Shown one piece after another: positions 32,203-42,545 of a DNA stretch of 64,000 nucleotides. The translations under genes and the position numbers were made by a program. The notes beneath the pieces are model-generated. The model ran no database searches, was not told the DNA's origin, and saw nothing but the letters and a program-made list of their open reading frames with translations. Origin of the DNA: Tolypothrix carrinoi HA7290-LM1 (lineage in GTDB: Bacteria > Cyanobacteriota > Cyanobacteriia > Cyanobacteriales > Nostocaceae); NCBI GenBank assembly GCA_019358935.1, contig JAHHIK010000003.1, positions 76,461 to 140,460 on the forward strand. The letters are read 5' to 3'. Every line of letters begins with the position of its first letter. Positions within the stretch are counted from its first letter, which is position 1.

Positions 32203-32924
32203 CCGACGTGCTACAAGAACAAACACAAAAATTTACACCAGAAAAAAGCGAATCTGCAATCGAAGTTCCTGCTGAGACAATTGTAGAACATGCCGAATCA
32301 TCTGAAGAATTGTTAACAGATACACCTGAGCAAACTCCGGCTAGACGCACTCCAACCAAGGCTGATTTAGAAGCAATGGTCAAAGAGTTGCAAGAAAAAG
32401 ACGAACGATCGCAAAAGAGAGAAAAACAATTACAGCAAGAAAATAGTGATTTGCAGTCAGCTTTGTCTAAAGAACAATCGCTTTTGTCAGAACAAAAAAC
32501 ATTAGTAGAACGATTGACAAAAGAGCTTTACGATGCTAAGAAAGCTGCACTACAACTTGCAGAAGCTAATTCCCAACTTATAGAAGAAAGCAATCTTCTC
32601 AAAAAAGAAAAGGAAAAGGAAAAAGAAAGCATTGTTGTCAAACAAGAAAAGGAAATTATCCCAGCTAGCAGCTACAGAAAATCATATCAGTCATCAGAAA
32701 AGGCACCGCAACACCAACCTGAGCAAAATCAATTTAAACCAGCCGCTAGCTACTACAAAAAATCATATTACTCATCCCAAAAGCCACCACAACCACAACC
32801 GGAACATAAAGAATTTAAACCAGCCGATAGTTACAAAAAATCACACCGCTCATCGGTAGATTTAGCGCAAAATCAACCGGATGAAGGTGAGGATAATTCT
32901 TCTCAAATGTGGTTACTTGATTAA
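32184..32924 (+). CDS. Coiled-coil hypothetical protein, ParA partner
   Basis: Overlaps the parA end and has a GGAGG RBS; central coiled coil; three imperfect PAxSYxKS repeats. Confidence 0.75.
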   Translation: MVKRRVADVLQEQTQKFTPEKSESAIEVPAETIVEHAESSEELLTDTPEQTPARRTPTKADLEAMVKELQEKDERSQKREKQLQQENSDLQSALSKEQSLLSEQKTLVERLTKELYDAKKAALQLAEANSQLIEESNLLKKEKEKEKESIVVKQEKEIIPASSYRKSYQSSEKAPQHQPEQNQFKPAASYYKKSYYSSQKPPQPQPEHKEFKPADSYKKSHRSSVDLAQNQPDEGEDNSSQMWLLD

Positions 32925-33127
32925 ATGATTTCAAGAAAGCGCATATGACTGCTTTAGTAGCTCAAGCCTTTTTGGGATGCGGCTATAAAGGTTTATACTT
33001 GTGAGTCAGTGTTTTTGCGATAGTAAGGAATAGTTGATAATAGCGATCGCCACATTTCTAGCTAGTTAATAAAAAGTAAATGGTGCTTGCAGGGAAAAAA
33101 CTGAAAGTTAATATTTACTGATTGAGA

Positions 33128-33933
33128 CTAGCGTAAACTCGCCTCTACAAATGCCACATAAGGACAACTCGAATAACGAGGTGTACAAGTTGCTTTTATG
33201 CCAACGCTGCGAGCATTCTCAACATTAATGTTTAAAACTTGCTTTGCCGCTATTGTCAAATCCTTTGTAGCTACTACTTTGTTGTCAACACTTACGTCAA
33301 ATACTATCTTATCATCTTGACGAGCATAATCATGTTTGCCATTTATTCCAACAACTAAATTCAATTGTCGAAACTTAGAATTAAGAGCGCATGACACTCC
33401 AGCAGGTTTATCCTTGGAAATATAAGGATAGGGATTACCATTTTCACTAAACAAATAAGCGATTTCCGGCAAAGCTTCCCCTCCGATAGCAATGTTTTTT
33501 GGTTCACGCTGCTTTACTAAAGATTGTTCAACCCCAGGAGTAGAACTAAGACATTCCGTATCTAAAAGAGAAACGGCAGTCCCAGATAAGGGGGGAGTAG
33601 GAGTTTCGGCAACTGTGGGAGTGGGTGAAGCAGTAGGAGTTTCGGCAACCGTTGGTGTGGGTGAAGCAGTAGGAGTTTCGGCAACGGTGGGTGTGGGTGA
33701 AGCAGTAGGGGATGCGGCAACTGTGGGAGTGGGTGAGGCAGTATTGTTGTCACCGATTAGATTATTTTGTTTGAGAATTACCGCAGTAATTACCGATGCA
33801 CTATTGCAGTAGCAATTATAATCCCGGTAATCAAGGAAATAAAAACCATTGGATTTTTATTTTGTTTATTCTCATTTTCTCCTGATGATATTTGAGTAGG
33901 TTTTGGCGAATTCCTTGAATCTTTCGGACTCAT
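33128..33933 (-). pseudogene. Membrane-anchored Pro/Thr-linker + NPCBM-like domain protein, frameshifted
   Basis: AAGGAG RBS and ATG at 33933. The TM helix is broken by a 1-nt loss near 33800 (span 806 nt). Four 36-bp repeats (TASPTPTVAETP) follow, in frame with ORF 33128-33472 (VGIN..IVFDVSVD..LNINVENARS). Confidence 0.7.
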
Positions 33934-33987
33934 CTGTTTAACTCCTTTAACTGATAATTAAAGTGTAAAAGTCGTAAATATTGAATG

Positions 33988-35148
33988 TTACAGATTACAA
34001 GTCTCGACACGCGAGAATAAAAAAACTCCAGTCCAGCACCACACCCAACCAAACGGTCGGGAAAAGTCGTGAAGCAAACACAAGGGAACAGCACCCTCCC
34101 CAGTTCCCATCCCTGCAAGTAACTCGAATTTCGGCGATGATATACCAACTAACCGCGCAGGGAGATGACCTTGGGGGGCATTCAGGGAGAAAGTCAGGTC
34201 TGAATATTCCAGCCAATCATAGTCATATGGCAGCCACTTGCTTTTCACACGCCAACCCACGCGATCGCCTAAAAGACACTCTGTCGCTTTATCCACTTTG
34301 CCGCCAACTTCCTGCCATATGCGCTGCTGCACGCTAAAGCCGAAGTGTCCATTGCTGTACTTTACCCACAGAGCATCGATGGTGCCTAAGTCTTGACAAG
34401 AAAACTTTTCCATGTCTTCATTTCTCAGCCAGCCTTGTTCTTCTCGGTTGGCTACCTTGAGAATCAGATCCGCAGTTTCTTTGTCGGCTTGTTTCCATTT
34501 CCCCCCTGCCAATAAATCCCGCAACCGCGTGTAGTCTACTTTCGGCTCAGTTGTATTTGAGTGTTCTGTCCTCAACTCGTTTTTTGTCAGAAGTTTAGGA
34601 GTCAGATTCTCTGAAATACCTTCCAACCGAATTGCAGAGCAGCCAAATTCGTAAGAAAACTCAACAGAGCGTCCAGCTCCTAGCGCATCGTAAAAAGCTA
34701 CAGTAAATGCAATTGCGGCTCGATCGCCAATTTCCTGACTCATGCCAATCACATAGTTAACATGTCGAGCGATCGCTTTAGCTTGAATCTCTGAGTAGCA
34801 GGCATTAAGAACTACACATTCCACCTGCTTGAACAACTCGAACAGTCCCGCTAATCCTTCTGCATCGACAAACTTGACTTGTCCTTTTTCATCCTCAAAT
34901 TCCAATCCTCCATCCCCTGCTCCATGTCCAGAAAAATGGACAATCTGCGGTTCGACATCCAACATAGCTCGTCGAAAGTCTATCGGACGCACTGCCCACC
35001 TTGACTTTATGACAAATTGATCGCGTTTCTGCGCCCGCTGCAACCCTAACTCAATCTCACGCACCTCTTCATCCAAACGTAGTCGTGACGTACCTTTGGG
35101 ATTCGCTGCCAGAATCAAGATTTTCTTAACCAAAGTGTTGCTGTTCAT
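33988..35148 (-). CDS. CHAT-domain + GUN4-domain protein
   Basis: ILILAANP, LRLDEEVREI, HFSGHG and LNACYS (CHAT); DYTRLRDLL..WKQAD, LWVKYSNGHFGFSVQ and GHLP (GUN4). Confidence 0.85.
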   Translation of the reverse strand: MNSNTLVKKILILAANPKGTSRLRLDEEVREIELGLQRAQKRDQFVIKSRWAVRPIDFRRAMLDVEPQIVHFSGHGAGDGGLEFEDEKGQVKFVDAEGLAGLFELFKQVECVVLNACYSEIQAKAIARHVNYVIGMSQEIGDRAAIAFTVAFYDALGAGRSVEFSYEFGCSAIRLEGISENLTPKLLTKNELRTEHSNTTEPKVDYTRLRDLLAGGKWKQADKETADLILKVANREEQGWLRNEDMEKFSCQDLGTIDALWVKYSNGHFGFSVQQRIWQEVGGKVDKATECLLGDRVGWRVKSKWLPYDYDWLEYSDLTFSLNAPQGHLPARLVGISSPKFELLAGMGTGEGAVPLCLLHDFSRPFGWVWCWTGVFLFSRVETCNL

Positions 35149-35280
35149 TCAAAAGTTTGGGACAGGAATGATTGCACGCTCATGTAGCTTTTTCAACCAG
35201 CAATCAACTAAATCCGGAAGGAGGGCAAAAAATTTTACTCTTTTAGGAATGATGGCACTTAAGGGTATCAGCAATAGCTG

Positions 35281-36183
35281 TTAGACTAATTGCAAGACAT
35301 CCTGAAACTCTAAAATATGTTGTGCCGTAATTTGCGGCTGTTCTAAGTGAGGAACATGACCGCAATCTTTAATCCAGATAAGTTTACTATGTGGAATTGC
35401 CCTCTTAAATCTCTTAGCATCCTCGATACCCAAAATCTTGTCAGAATCGCCCCACAAAATCAGCGTAGGTTGGACAATTTCTGATAGTTTCTTAAATCTA
35501 AAACCACCGTAACCACCACTTTTAGTAAAAGCAATCAAAGCTAATTCCCAACTAGGCATTTCTAAATGTAAAGCTGCACAAATTTGAGCATCACTTGAAG
35601 CGAGGCTTTTGTTTTTGTAAGCAGCGCGAGAAATACTTTGGCGTATCTTTGGGTTACGTAAAAACTGAGTCGCCAAATAATCCAGCGGGGGAAACATCAA
35701 CTTACTTAACGGTGAACTACCCCCTAAACCAGCACTATCAATTAACACTAGCTTTTGTACCACTTCCGGGTAAGTCAGAGTGAAATCAATCGCTGCTGCA
35801 CCCCCCATCGAAGCACCCACCAAAATTACAGGTTGATTAATCAGAGTTTTCCAGAAACAATAAAGATGAGTTTTAATTGCAGTAGGACTAAACTGTATTC
35901 CCGAAACTCTATCTGTAAACCCAAAACCCAACAAATCTACTGCCCAAGTATCATTATTTTCTGCTAATAATGGCAAAAGGCGACGAAATTCTAACAAAGA
36001 ACTATCAAAGCCGTGAATTAAGAAAATCGGCGTTCCACCACTTCCCTTATGTACATAACTTGTAGTAATAGATTGAGTACTCAGGGGAGTACTTATCGCT
36101 ATCTGCTCAATACTTTGAGCCAGTGCGATCGCACTTGCTTCTCTTAATTGCCCAACTGCCGCAGGAAGAAAACTAGCAAACAT
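35281..36183 (-). CDS. Alpha/beta hydrolase
   Basis: HGFDSS, GASMGG, WGDSD and GHVPHLE. Confidence 0.9.
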   Translation of the reverse strand: MFASFLPAAVGQLREASAIALAQSIEQIAISTPLSTQSITTSYVHKGSGGTPIFLIHGFDSSLLEFRRLLPLLAENNDTWAVDLLGFGFTDRVSGIQFSPTAIKTHLYCFWKTLINQPVILVGASMGGAAAIDFTLTYPEVVQKLVLIDSAGLGGSSPLSKLMFPPLDYLATQFLRNPKIRQSISRAAYKNKSLASSDAQICAALHLEMPSWELALIAFTKSGGYGGFRFKKLSEIVQPTLILWGDSDKILGIEDAKRFKRAIPHSKLIWIKDCGHVPHLEQPQITAQHILEFQDVLQLV

Positions 36184-36374
36184 AAATTTTAACTTACCTT
36201 GTATAACTAAAGATAGCAATTCTATCCCTAAAAAAAACTATATCGTCAATGGATTTTATAACAATTTAAAATAGCTTCTGAAATTAGCTACCTCTCTTTC
36301 TCTCTTCCTCTGTGTTCTCTGTGCCTCTGCGGTTCGTTTAAAAAAATATCACAACTCATCTACTACTACTATAT

Positions 36375-37199
36375 ATGAATCAATGGATACTCACCGCCAA
36401 TCAAGCCAAACAATTAATATCCCAAAGCGCAACAATTCTTGACACCCGCAACAAATTAGCATGGTTTCTGGGACATATACCAGACGCTATTCACGTCACC
36501 TGGCAAGAATTTTCGCAACCAGAAAAACCTTACCAAGGCAACCTCCTAAAAGACGAAAAACTTCTTCAACAAAAACTGTGTAAATTAGGCATTTCCAACT
36601 CAAAACCAGTAATTGTAATTGGCAATCCCGCTCATAACTTTGGTGAAGAAGGACGCATTGTTTGGATGTTACGCACCTTAGGACATAACAGCGCAGCTTT
36701 CGTTGATGGCGGATATAATGCACTTGTAAAAGCAGGTATTCAAACTACCTTTGCAGCAAATCAACCTCAAAAAATCGGAGATTTTGTAGTCAACCGCACC
36801 GCATTATGGGAAATTCAGCGCGATGAACTTAAAGCAAATCTTGCAGAAAATAAGTTAATAATAATTGATACTCGCGAAAAGCGAGAATATAATGGGGCAA
36901 CTCCTTACGGTGAAAAGCGCAAAGGACATATCCCTGGTGCAGTGCATTTCTACTTCAAAGATTTAATAGATAATAAAGGTAACTTACTTCCAACTGAAGA
37001 AATTATCACAAAACTAGCAAGATTAGGAATTCAATTAGATACTCCCATTGCTACTTATTGTACAGGTGGTATTCGTTCGGCTTTTTTTGTCAGCGTTATG
37101 GCAAATTTAGGCTTGACTAATGTGAAAAACTATGCAGGCTCAATGTGGGAATGGTCAGCCGAAAGTGCAAATAGCTATCCACTACAAGAAAATTTGTAG
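36375..37199 (+). CDS. Tandem-rhodanese sulfurtransferase
   Basis: GHIPDA and GHIPGA, active loop YCTGGIRS, and YAGSMWEW. Confidence 0.9.
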   Translation: MNQWILTANQAKQLISQSATILDTRNKLAWFLGHIPDAIHVTWQEFSQPEKPYQGNLLKDEKLLQQKLCKLGISNSKPVIVIGNPAHNFGEEGRIVWMLRTLGHNSAAFVDGGYNALVKAGIQTTFAANQPQKIGDFVVNRTALWEIQRDELKANLAENKLIIIDTREKREYNGATPYGEKRKGHIPGAVHFYFKDLIDNKGNLLPTEEIITKLARLGIQLDTPIATYCTGGIRSAFFVSVMANLGLTNVKNYAGSMWEWSAESANSYPLQENL

Positions 37200-37202
37200 T
37201 AA

Positions 37203-37316
37203 TACTATTTCTGTATGAAGATGCGCCTAATTAGCCCACGCAGGTGGGCTTTGTTTGTGTAGCCCCAGGCTTATAGCCTGAGGGCGAATAAAGCGCAACC
37301 TCACATAGAATTGGTA
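37203..37316. mobile_element. TA-ended MITE with internal hairpins
   Basis: Left end TACTATTTCTGTATGAAGATGCGC versus reverse complement of right end TACCAATTCTATGTGAGGTTGCGC. Confidence 0.6.
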
Positions 37317-37331
37317 TAAGCTTTTTTAGCG

Positions 37332-38072
37332 CTAAAGCGCTGATTTGATTGCCTTACCAATATACATTAAAGAAGTATTGTTAGTAATTTTGGCTTGAAA
37401 TCCTCCAGTCTTTTTATAGTGGATGTAGGCAAGGATGTTATCGAATAAATCTTCACCAAATAAGTCAAATCCGTTAACTTCTATGCTGGCAAAGCCATGA
37501 TTATGCAGTAAATTAGTCAGTTCTTCTGGCTTAATAAACTTTTTCCAATCGTGAATACCGACGGGAATCTCGCGCAAAATATTTTCTAAAAGCCAAATCA
37601 TGACAAATTGAGATTTTATAGTTCTATTGATAGTGTCAAATAAAAATAATCCGTTAGGTTTTAATACTCTAGAAATTTCGGAAATTGTTTTTCTTAAATC
37701 GGCAACATGTTCTAAGACATCTACACATACAACAATATCAAAAGAGTTTGCCTGATAAGGCAGATTTTCCGCAAATGCTTGTTGATATTCAATCGGTAAT
37801 TTGCTGATTGCTGCATGTTCTTGAGCTTGTTTAATACATTTTGCTGATTGATCTACCCCAAAGGCGATCGCTCCCCTTCTTGCCATAAATTCGCAAGAAA
37901 AACCGCCGCCACAGCCAACGTCTAATACTCGCAATCCCTGCCAAGAAGGTACGTACCGATCAAAAAAATCAAATCGGGGTTGATTTAAGTAATAGAGAGC
38001 GTAGATTTTAGCATCTTCCTGCCACCAAATATCTGCACTCAAGTCATAAAATTGCAAGTCATTTTTTTTCAT
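37332..38072 (-). CDS. UbiG-like SAM-dependent O-methyltransferase
   Basis: VLDVGCGGG, DVLEHV, DTINRT and HDWKKFIKPEEL. Confidence 0.85.
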   Translation of the reverse strand: MKKNDLQFYDLSADIWWQEDAKIYALYYLNQPRFDFFDRYVPSWQGLRVLDVGCGGGFSCEFMARRGAIAFGVDQSAKCIKQAQEHAAISKLPIEYQQAFAENLPYQANSFDIVVCVDVLEHVADLRKTISEISRVLKPNGLFLFDTINRTIKSQFVMIWLLENILREIPVGIHDWKKFIKPEELTNLLHNHGFASIEVNGFDLFGEDLFDNILAYIHYKKTGGFQAKITNNTSLMYIGKAIKSAL

Positions 38073-38185
38073 TCTTAAACAAACTCGGCGAATTATAAAA
38101 TGCTTAGGCATTACCATTTAATCGTAATGGCGTGGCAACATCGTACAATTGATAACACCCATCCCTTGACTTAGGAGTTGATGCC

Positions 38186-38497
38186 ATGCCGATGGCGGTT
38201 GGAGTAATTGAAACTTTAGGTTTTCCAGCTGTGTTAGCAGCAGCAGATGCAATGGTGAAAGCTGCCGGCGTAACACTGGTATACTACGGTCAAGCGGAAA
38301 GCGCTCGCTTCGTAGTCGCAGTCAGGGGACACGTAGCTGAGGTGAAAACAGCGGTTGCAGCCGGAATCGCTGCCGGAGAGGAAGCTTACGGTGGTCAGGT
38401 AATCACCCACTACATCGTTCCCAACCCTCCGGAGAACGTGGAAAGCATTTTGCCCATCCACTTCACCGAAAAATCAGAACCATACCGTATCTTCTAA
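38186..38497 (+). CDS. ccmK3: Carboxysome shell protein CcmK3
   Basis: BMC domain with TLVYY and HYIVPNPPENV; paired with ccmK4. Confidence 0.88.
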   Translation: MPMAVGVIETLGFPAVLAAADAMVKAAGVTLVYYGQAESARFVVAVRGHVAEVKTAVAAGIAAGEEAYGGQVITHYIVPNPPENVESILPIHFTEKSEPYRIF

Positions 38498-38582
38498 CCA
38501 AGTTCGCCATCAAAATCGGTAGCGAACATTCGTACAATTATTGAGTAGCGCCACATACGTTTACTTATACAGGAGATCAATT

Positions 38583-38936
38583 ATGTCATCATCACAGGCA
38601 GTTGGAGCATTGGAAACTAAAGGTTTTCCCGCTGTGCTAGCAGCAGCAGATGCAATGGTAAAAGCTGGTCGAGTCACCCTCGTCGGTTATATCAGAGTTG
38701 GTAGCGCTCGCTTTACAGTCAATATTCGCGGAGATGTTTCAGAAGTAAAAGCCGCTATGGCTGCTGGTGTTGATGCGGTCGAAAATGTTCATGGTGGTAC
38801 TTTGGAATCTTGGGTAATTATTCCTCGTCCCCATGAAAACGTTGAAGCCGTTTTGCCCATAGGCTACACAGATCAAGTCCAAGAGTATCGCGAATCTGTC
38901 GAAAACCCGATTGTTAGGTCTTCTAACGGTAGATAG
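38583..38936 (+). CDS. ccmK4: Carboxysome shell protein CcmK4
   Basis: BMC domain with [18 protein letters not shown] and [17 protein letters not shown]. Confidence 0.88.
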   Translation: MSSSQAVGALETKGFPAVLAAADAMVKAGRVTLVGYIRVGSARFTVNIRGDVSEVKAAMAAGVDAVENVHGGTLESWVIIPRPHENVEAVLPIGYTDQVQEYRESVENPIVRSSNGR

Positions 38937-39022
38937 AGTTATTTGTTAGTTGATAGTTGTTAATTGTTAGTTGTTAGTTGGAGCGTTGATAGTTGATAGT
39001 TGGTTATTTTACTAACTGACGA

Positions 39023-39076
39023 CCAATTACCAATTACCAATTACCAATTACCAATTACCAATTACCAATTACCAAT
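39023..39076. repeat. STRR heptamer (CCAATTA) about 7.5 copies
   Basis: Direct tandem repeat. Confidence 0.9.
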
Positions 39077-39078
39077 CT

Positions 39079-39810
39079 ATGTCCCGCGTCTCGATTATCA
39101 TCCCCACTTTAAATGAGGCAAAGTGTCTGGGACGCACCTTGCGTCATCTGAGTTTACTCACACCCCCAGCTTGGGAGGTGCTGGTTGTGGATGGCGGTAG
39201 TTCTGACGAAACGATCGCCATCGCGCAAACAGCAGGTGTACAAGTAATTTCTGCCAAACAATGCGGACGCGCTGCCCAATCAAATCAAGGTGCAGAAGTC
39301 GCAACCGGAGAAATCCTCTGCTTTCTCCACGCAGATACTTTGGTAAGCGACGACTTGGTAACAGTTATTGAGCAGACACTAGCAGACAAAACTGTTGTTG
39401 CTGGCGGTTTTATTTCCCTGATGGCAGGTGAAAAAACAACGCGCTGGGGAGTTTCACTGCACAACTGGCTGAAAACTTATTATGCACCGTTGCTTTTTCG
39501 CCCACATTTGTTTTTTCAAGGACTGCGCTTATTGTTTGGCGATCAAGTAATTTTCGCACGCCGCGCTGATTTCTGGGAATGTGGCGGTTTTGACAGCAAC
39601 CTCCCAATTATGGAAGAAGCCGACTTGTGCATAAAAATAGTACGACGGGGAAAAATTCGCTTGGTGAATCGCATCGTCCAAAGTAGCGATCGCCGTGTCG
39701 CAAAATGGGGCTTCTTCAAAGCCACCGCAATATATCTTTACATCGGCTTTCTTTGGGGTGTTGGTGTGTCCCCACAATACCTGAAGCAATTTTATAAAGA
39801 CATTCGCTGA
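39079..39810 (+). CDS. Glycosyltransferase family 2 (TIGR04283-like)
   Basis: IIIPTLNE, VDGGSSD, GRAAQ.N.GA, FLHAD and FGDQ. Confidence 0.88.
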   Translation: MSRVSIIIPTLNEAKCLGRTLRHLSLLTPPAWEVLVVDGGSSDETIAIAQTAGVQVISAKQCGRAAQSNQGAEVATGEILCFLHADTLVSDDLVTVIEQTLADKTVVAGGFISLMAGEKTTRWGVSLHNWLKTYYAPLLFRPHLFFQGLRLLFGDQVIFARRADFWECGGFDSNLPIMEEADLCIKIVRRGKIRLVNRIVQSSDRRVAKWGFFKATAIYLYIGFLWGVGVSPQYLKQFYKDIR

Positions 39811-40088
39811 AAATATTTAGCCCCTCGTGTCCTGATTGTAGTCAGCGCAGAGAGCGCGAAAATATCAAAATATACAGGATGCCAAAAGACTCGAAAAAGC
39901 CTATTCCTTCGTAGAGACAATTCATGAATTGTCTCTACAATCGATGATTTTGCGCTCATTCCTAATATAAACAGAAATTGTTGCCTGGAGAACCTTTATT
40001 AACTCAAGAAGTCTATTGAAAAAAATCGCCACCCCGTCGTGGCGGTTTATCAAAAATGGGAATTGAAAACATCAGGAGTTAAGCTTAT

Positions 40089-40319
40089 TTTAATTTTGAA
40101 ATCATCGGGGACATTACCAATATTGAAATAATTGCAGTTGGTAATTCTATTCGTGAACTCGAACGCTTGCGGAAAACATATGGTTCCGGACGTTGGCGGA
40201 AACTCAAGGGAATTGCAACCATTAGCTTAAACGACGGAACAATTTGTGAAGCTGAGTTACACTGGTATGAAGCGCATGGCATTGGTAAGAAAGAAATAAA
40301 AATTAAACGCTTTTTATAG
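40089..40319 (+). pseudogene. Small basic protein gene lacking a canonical start codon
   Basis: Open frame FNFEIIGDITNIEIIAVGNSIRELERLRKTYGSGRWRKLKG...LHWYEAHGIGKKEIKIKRFL after an AGGAG RBS. No ATG/GTG/TTG in the frame, and an in-frame TAA lies just upstream. Missed by the ORF track. Confidence 0.6.
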
Positions 40320-40327
40320 GAGTACTT

Positions 40328-40561
40328 ATGCAGTTAGCGAATACAGAAACTAAATTTGTTGTTTGTATTAGCAACAAAGATTACCCAGCTTCTTTAGAAA
40401 TCAGAAAAATTTACCAGATTGTTCCTGATTATTATGCCGCTCAACATCAAATGATTCGGGTGATTGACGAATCAGGCGAAGATTATTTATACCCAAGTAG
40501 TTACTTTATATCTATTAAGTTACCCAAGGCGCTTGAAGAAGCCTTATCCGTAGCTAGTTAA
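40328..40561 (+). CDS. Small hypothetical protein, partner of the upstream gene
   Basis: AGGAG RBS overlapping the upstream stop; YPASLE.RKIY and IDESGEDYLYP. Confidence 0.7.
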   Translation: MQLANTETKFVVCISNKDYPASLEIRKIYQIVPDYYAAQHQMIRVIDESGEDYLYPSSYFISIKLPKALEEALSVAS

Positions 40562-41130
40562 GTTTTAAAATATATTTTTTAATAAACTCTAGAACCTTGA
40601 ACTTAGGTGCAATAAACTTAAAAGTTTTCGCGATCGCGTGGTGGCACATTTAACGTCACAAAAAAGCTCCTAGGAAACTCCAGAAACTTATCTAGTTCAA
40701 ACAGCGTCTAAATTGACATCAATCATATTGGCACTTATAAAGCTGCTTTTCATTCGTCAGCTTTGCCCAAAAAGCGTTAGCCGCCGAGGGCACTTTTTCG
40801 CTCCGCACCGAGAAAGCGGCTCTTCTTCTTTATTCGCTGTATGCTTATATAGTTTTGATAAATCGCTTTTCTCTCTAGAAAACATATAACTTTACAAAAC
40901 TTAAAAATTCTCACCAAGTGAGGAAAATAGCTAAAAGACATTGATTTCCGGCGATAGCAAACAAAAAGCAAAAACAGCAATCCGGAAAATACTGCATAAC
41001 TTGAGTGATTCCAGACCTAAATAACAGAGGAAGTCGAAATGGCAACTTCGAGTAAATAATCACGCTCGATGTCCACCAAAGACATCATTCAATCAGGGGC
41101 AACTGCCAGTTAAAAATTTGAGTGGAATAA

Positions 41131-42318
41131 ATGGGGGTTGTGATGCAAACTTTAAAACAGGGTTTCGAGGAGCGCAATCTCGCTATGGCTTCAGAAGCAG
41201 AAAAACTGACGCTATATTGGCGGCAACGTTTGGCAGCAGAGTGTCCAGAACAAAGCGAAGCAAACAGAGAAAGTATTATTTTTTGGCTTTTGGGAAGTAA
41301 CTCAAAACGCTTTGACTTACTTAATCCGAAAGAGTTAGATATCGCCAAACAAGCGATGGAATATCGCTATCGGATTTTATGCCAGCGCTACCTAGGAATG
41401 GCAAGAGAGCGTGCTTATCGCAATTTAATCACTCGGTTGGGGAGTTTAGCGACATTACGCAATAAAATCCAAACTTGGATTTCTCTGAGTCGCGATCGCC
41501 AACGCAGCGTCGTGGACGTATTGCAAGAAGTACTCCAAGAATTACTGCAAAGCGATAACTACATGCAACAGCAAATGGCTTGCATCGCCGAGTTTACAAC
41601 GGATTCCAGATTACAGAATTCTTTGCTGTTTGCCAGCATGGAAGAATATTGCCTGCGACCAGTACGCAATCAACCGTTATTAGCTTACCGTTTCGTAAAT
41701 TACTTGCGTCGTACCCAGCGTGGTGGTTTAACCCAAGTGCCCGGTAGCGATTTAATTAGACTAGTTTCCGAAGAAATTCTTACAGACGACAACGACAACC
41801 GCGTTAACTTAGCCGATAATCAGGCGATCGCCGAATATCTTGAAGCACAACAACTAGAAGAACAGCAAGTACTGCGTCACGCAGTCAAGCAAGAATTTGA
41901 AACTTATCTCCAAGAAAATCTAGGGCAAGACGCAGTGCAGTGGTTGCGACTGTATCTGCAAGGCAAATCCCAAGACGAAATTGCCAAAAAAATGAGTAAG
42001 CCAATTAAGGAAATTTACCGTTTGCGCGAGAAAATTAGCTACCATGCCGTGCGTGTCTTTGCTGTCAAAGGCAAACCGGAACTAGTAGATAACTGGCTAG
42101 AAATTTCCCTAGACGAACACAATTTGGGATTAACACCGCAGCAATGGCAGCAATTACAGTCAAAATTGACTTTAATTGAGCGGCAGCTATTGTCTCTTAG
42201 AAAAGCAGGCAAATCCATTGAAGAAATCGCTAAACAGTTAAAACTCAAAACCCATCAGGTAATGGGCGAATGGAGTAAAATCTATCTCGCGGCTCAAAAT
42301 TTAAGAACTCAGGAGTAA
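41131..42318 (+). CDS. HetZ-related protein (sigma-like HTH regions)
   Basis: Resembles the recalled cyanobacterial HetZ-related family (LRNKIQTW, EVLQELLQSD); two C-terminal HTH-like segments. Confidence 0.7.
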   Translation: MGVVMQTLKQGFEERNLAMASEAEKLTLYWRQRLAAECPEQSEANRESIIFWLLGSNSKRFDLLNPKELDIAKQAMEYRYRILCQRYLGMARERAYRNLITRLGSLATLRNKIQTWISLSRDRQRSVVDVLQEVLQELLQSDNYMQQQMACIAEFTTDSRLQNSLLFASMEEYCLRPVRNQPLLAYRFVNYLRRTQRGGLTQVPGSDLIRLVSEEILTDDNDNRVNLADNQAIAEYLEAQQLEEQQVLRHAVKQEFETYLQENLGQDAVQWLRLYLQGKSQDEIAKKMSKPIKEIYRLREKISYHAVRVFAVKGKPELVDNWLEISLDEHNLGLTPQQWQQLQSKLTLIERQLLSLRKAGKSIEEIAKQLKLKTHQVMGEWSKIYLAAQNLRTQE

Positions 42319-42545
42319 CCAAATATTCGCGCTTTGAGGACACCTTGCGTCCCACACACAAAACACGACGACGACTATCAATTTTGGACGTTGGATTTGG
42401 GATTCACCCCAATCCACAATCCCAAATAAACTTTCTATATATTTGTAGTTAATTCAACTTTTATCACCGGAAAAAGTAAGTTTATTTACTACCAAATAAT
42501 TTAGAGGCAGAATACGATATAAGGAAACATCAAGCAATCAAACCT

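Noticed and set aside
33492..33812. Plus-strand VGVGEA repeat ORF
   Set aside because: Antisense shadow of the Pro/Thr linker of the minus-strand frameshifted gene.
40085..40282. Minus-strand 65-aa ORF
   Set aside because: Shadow of the plus-strand frame 40089-40319, which has an RBS and a coupled partner gene.
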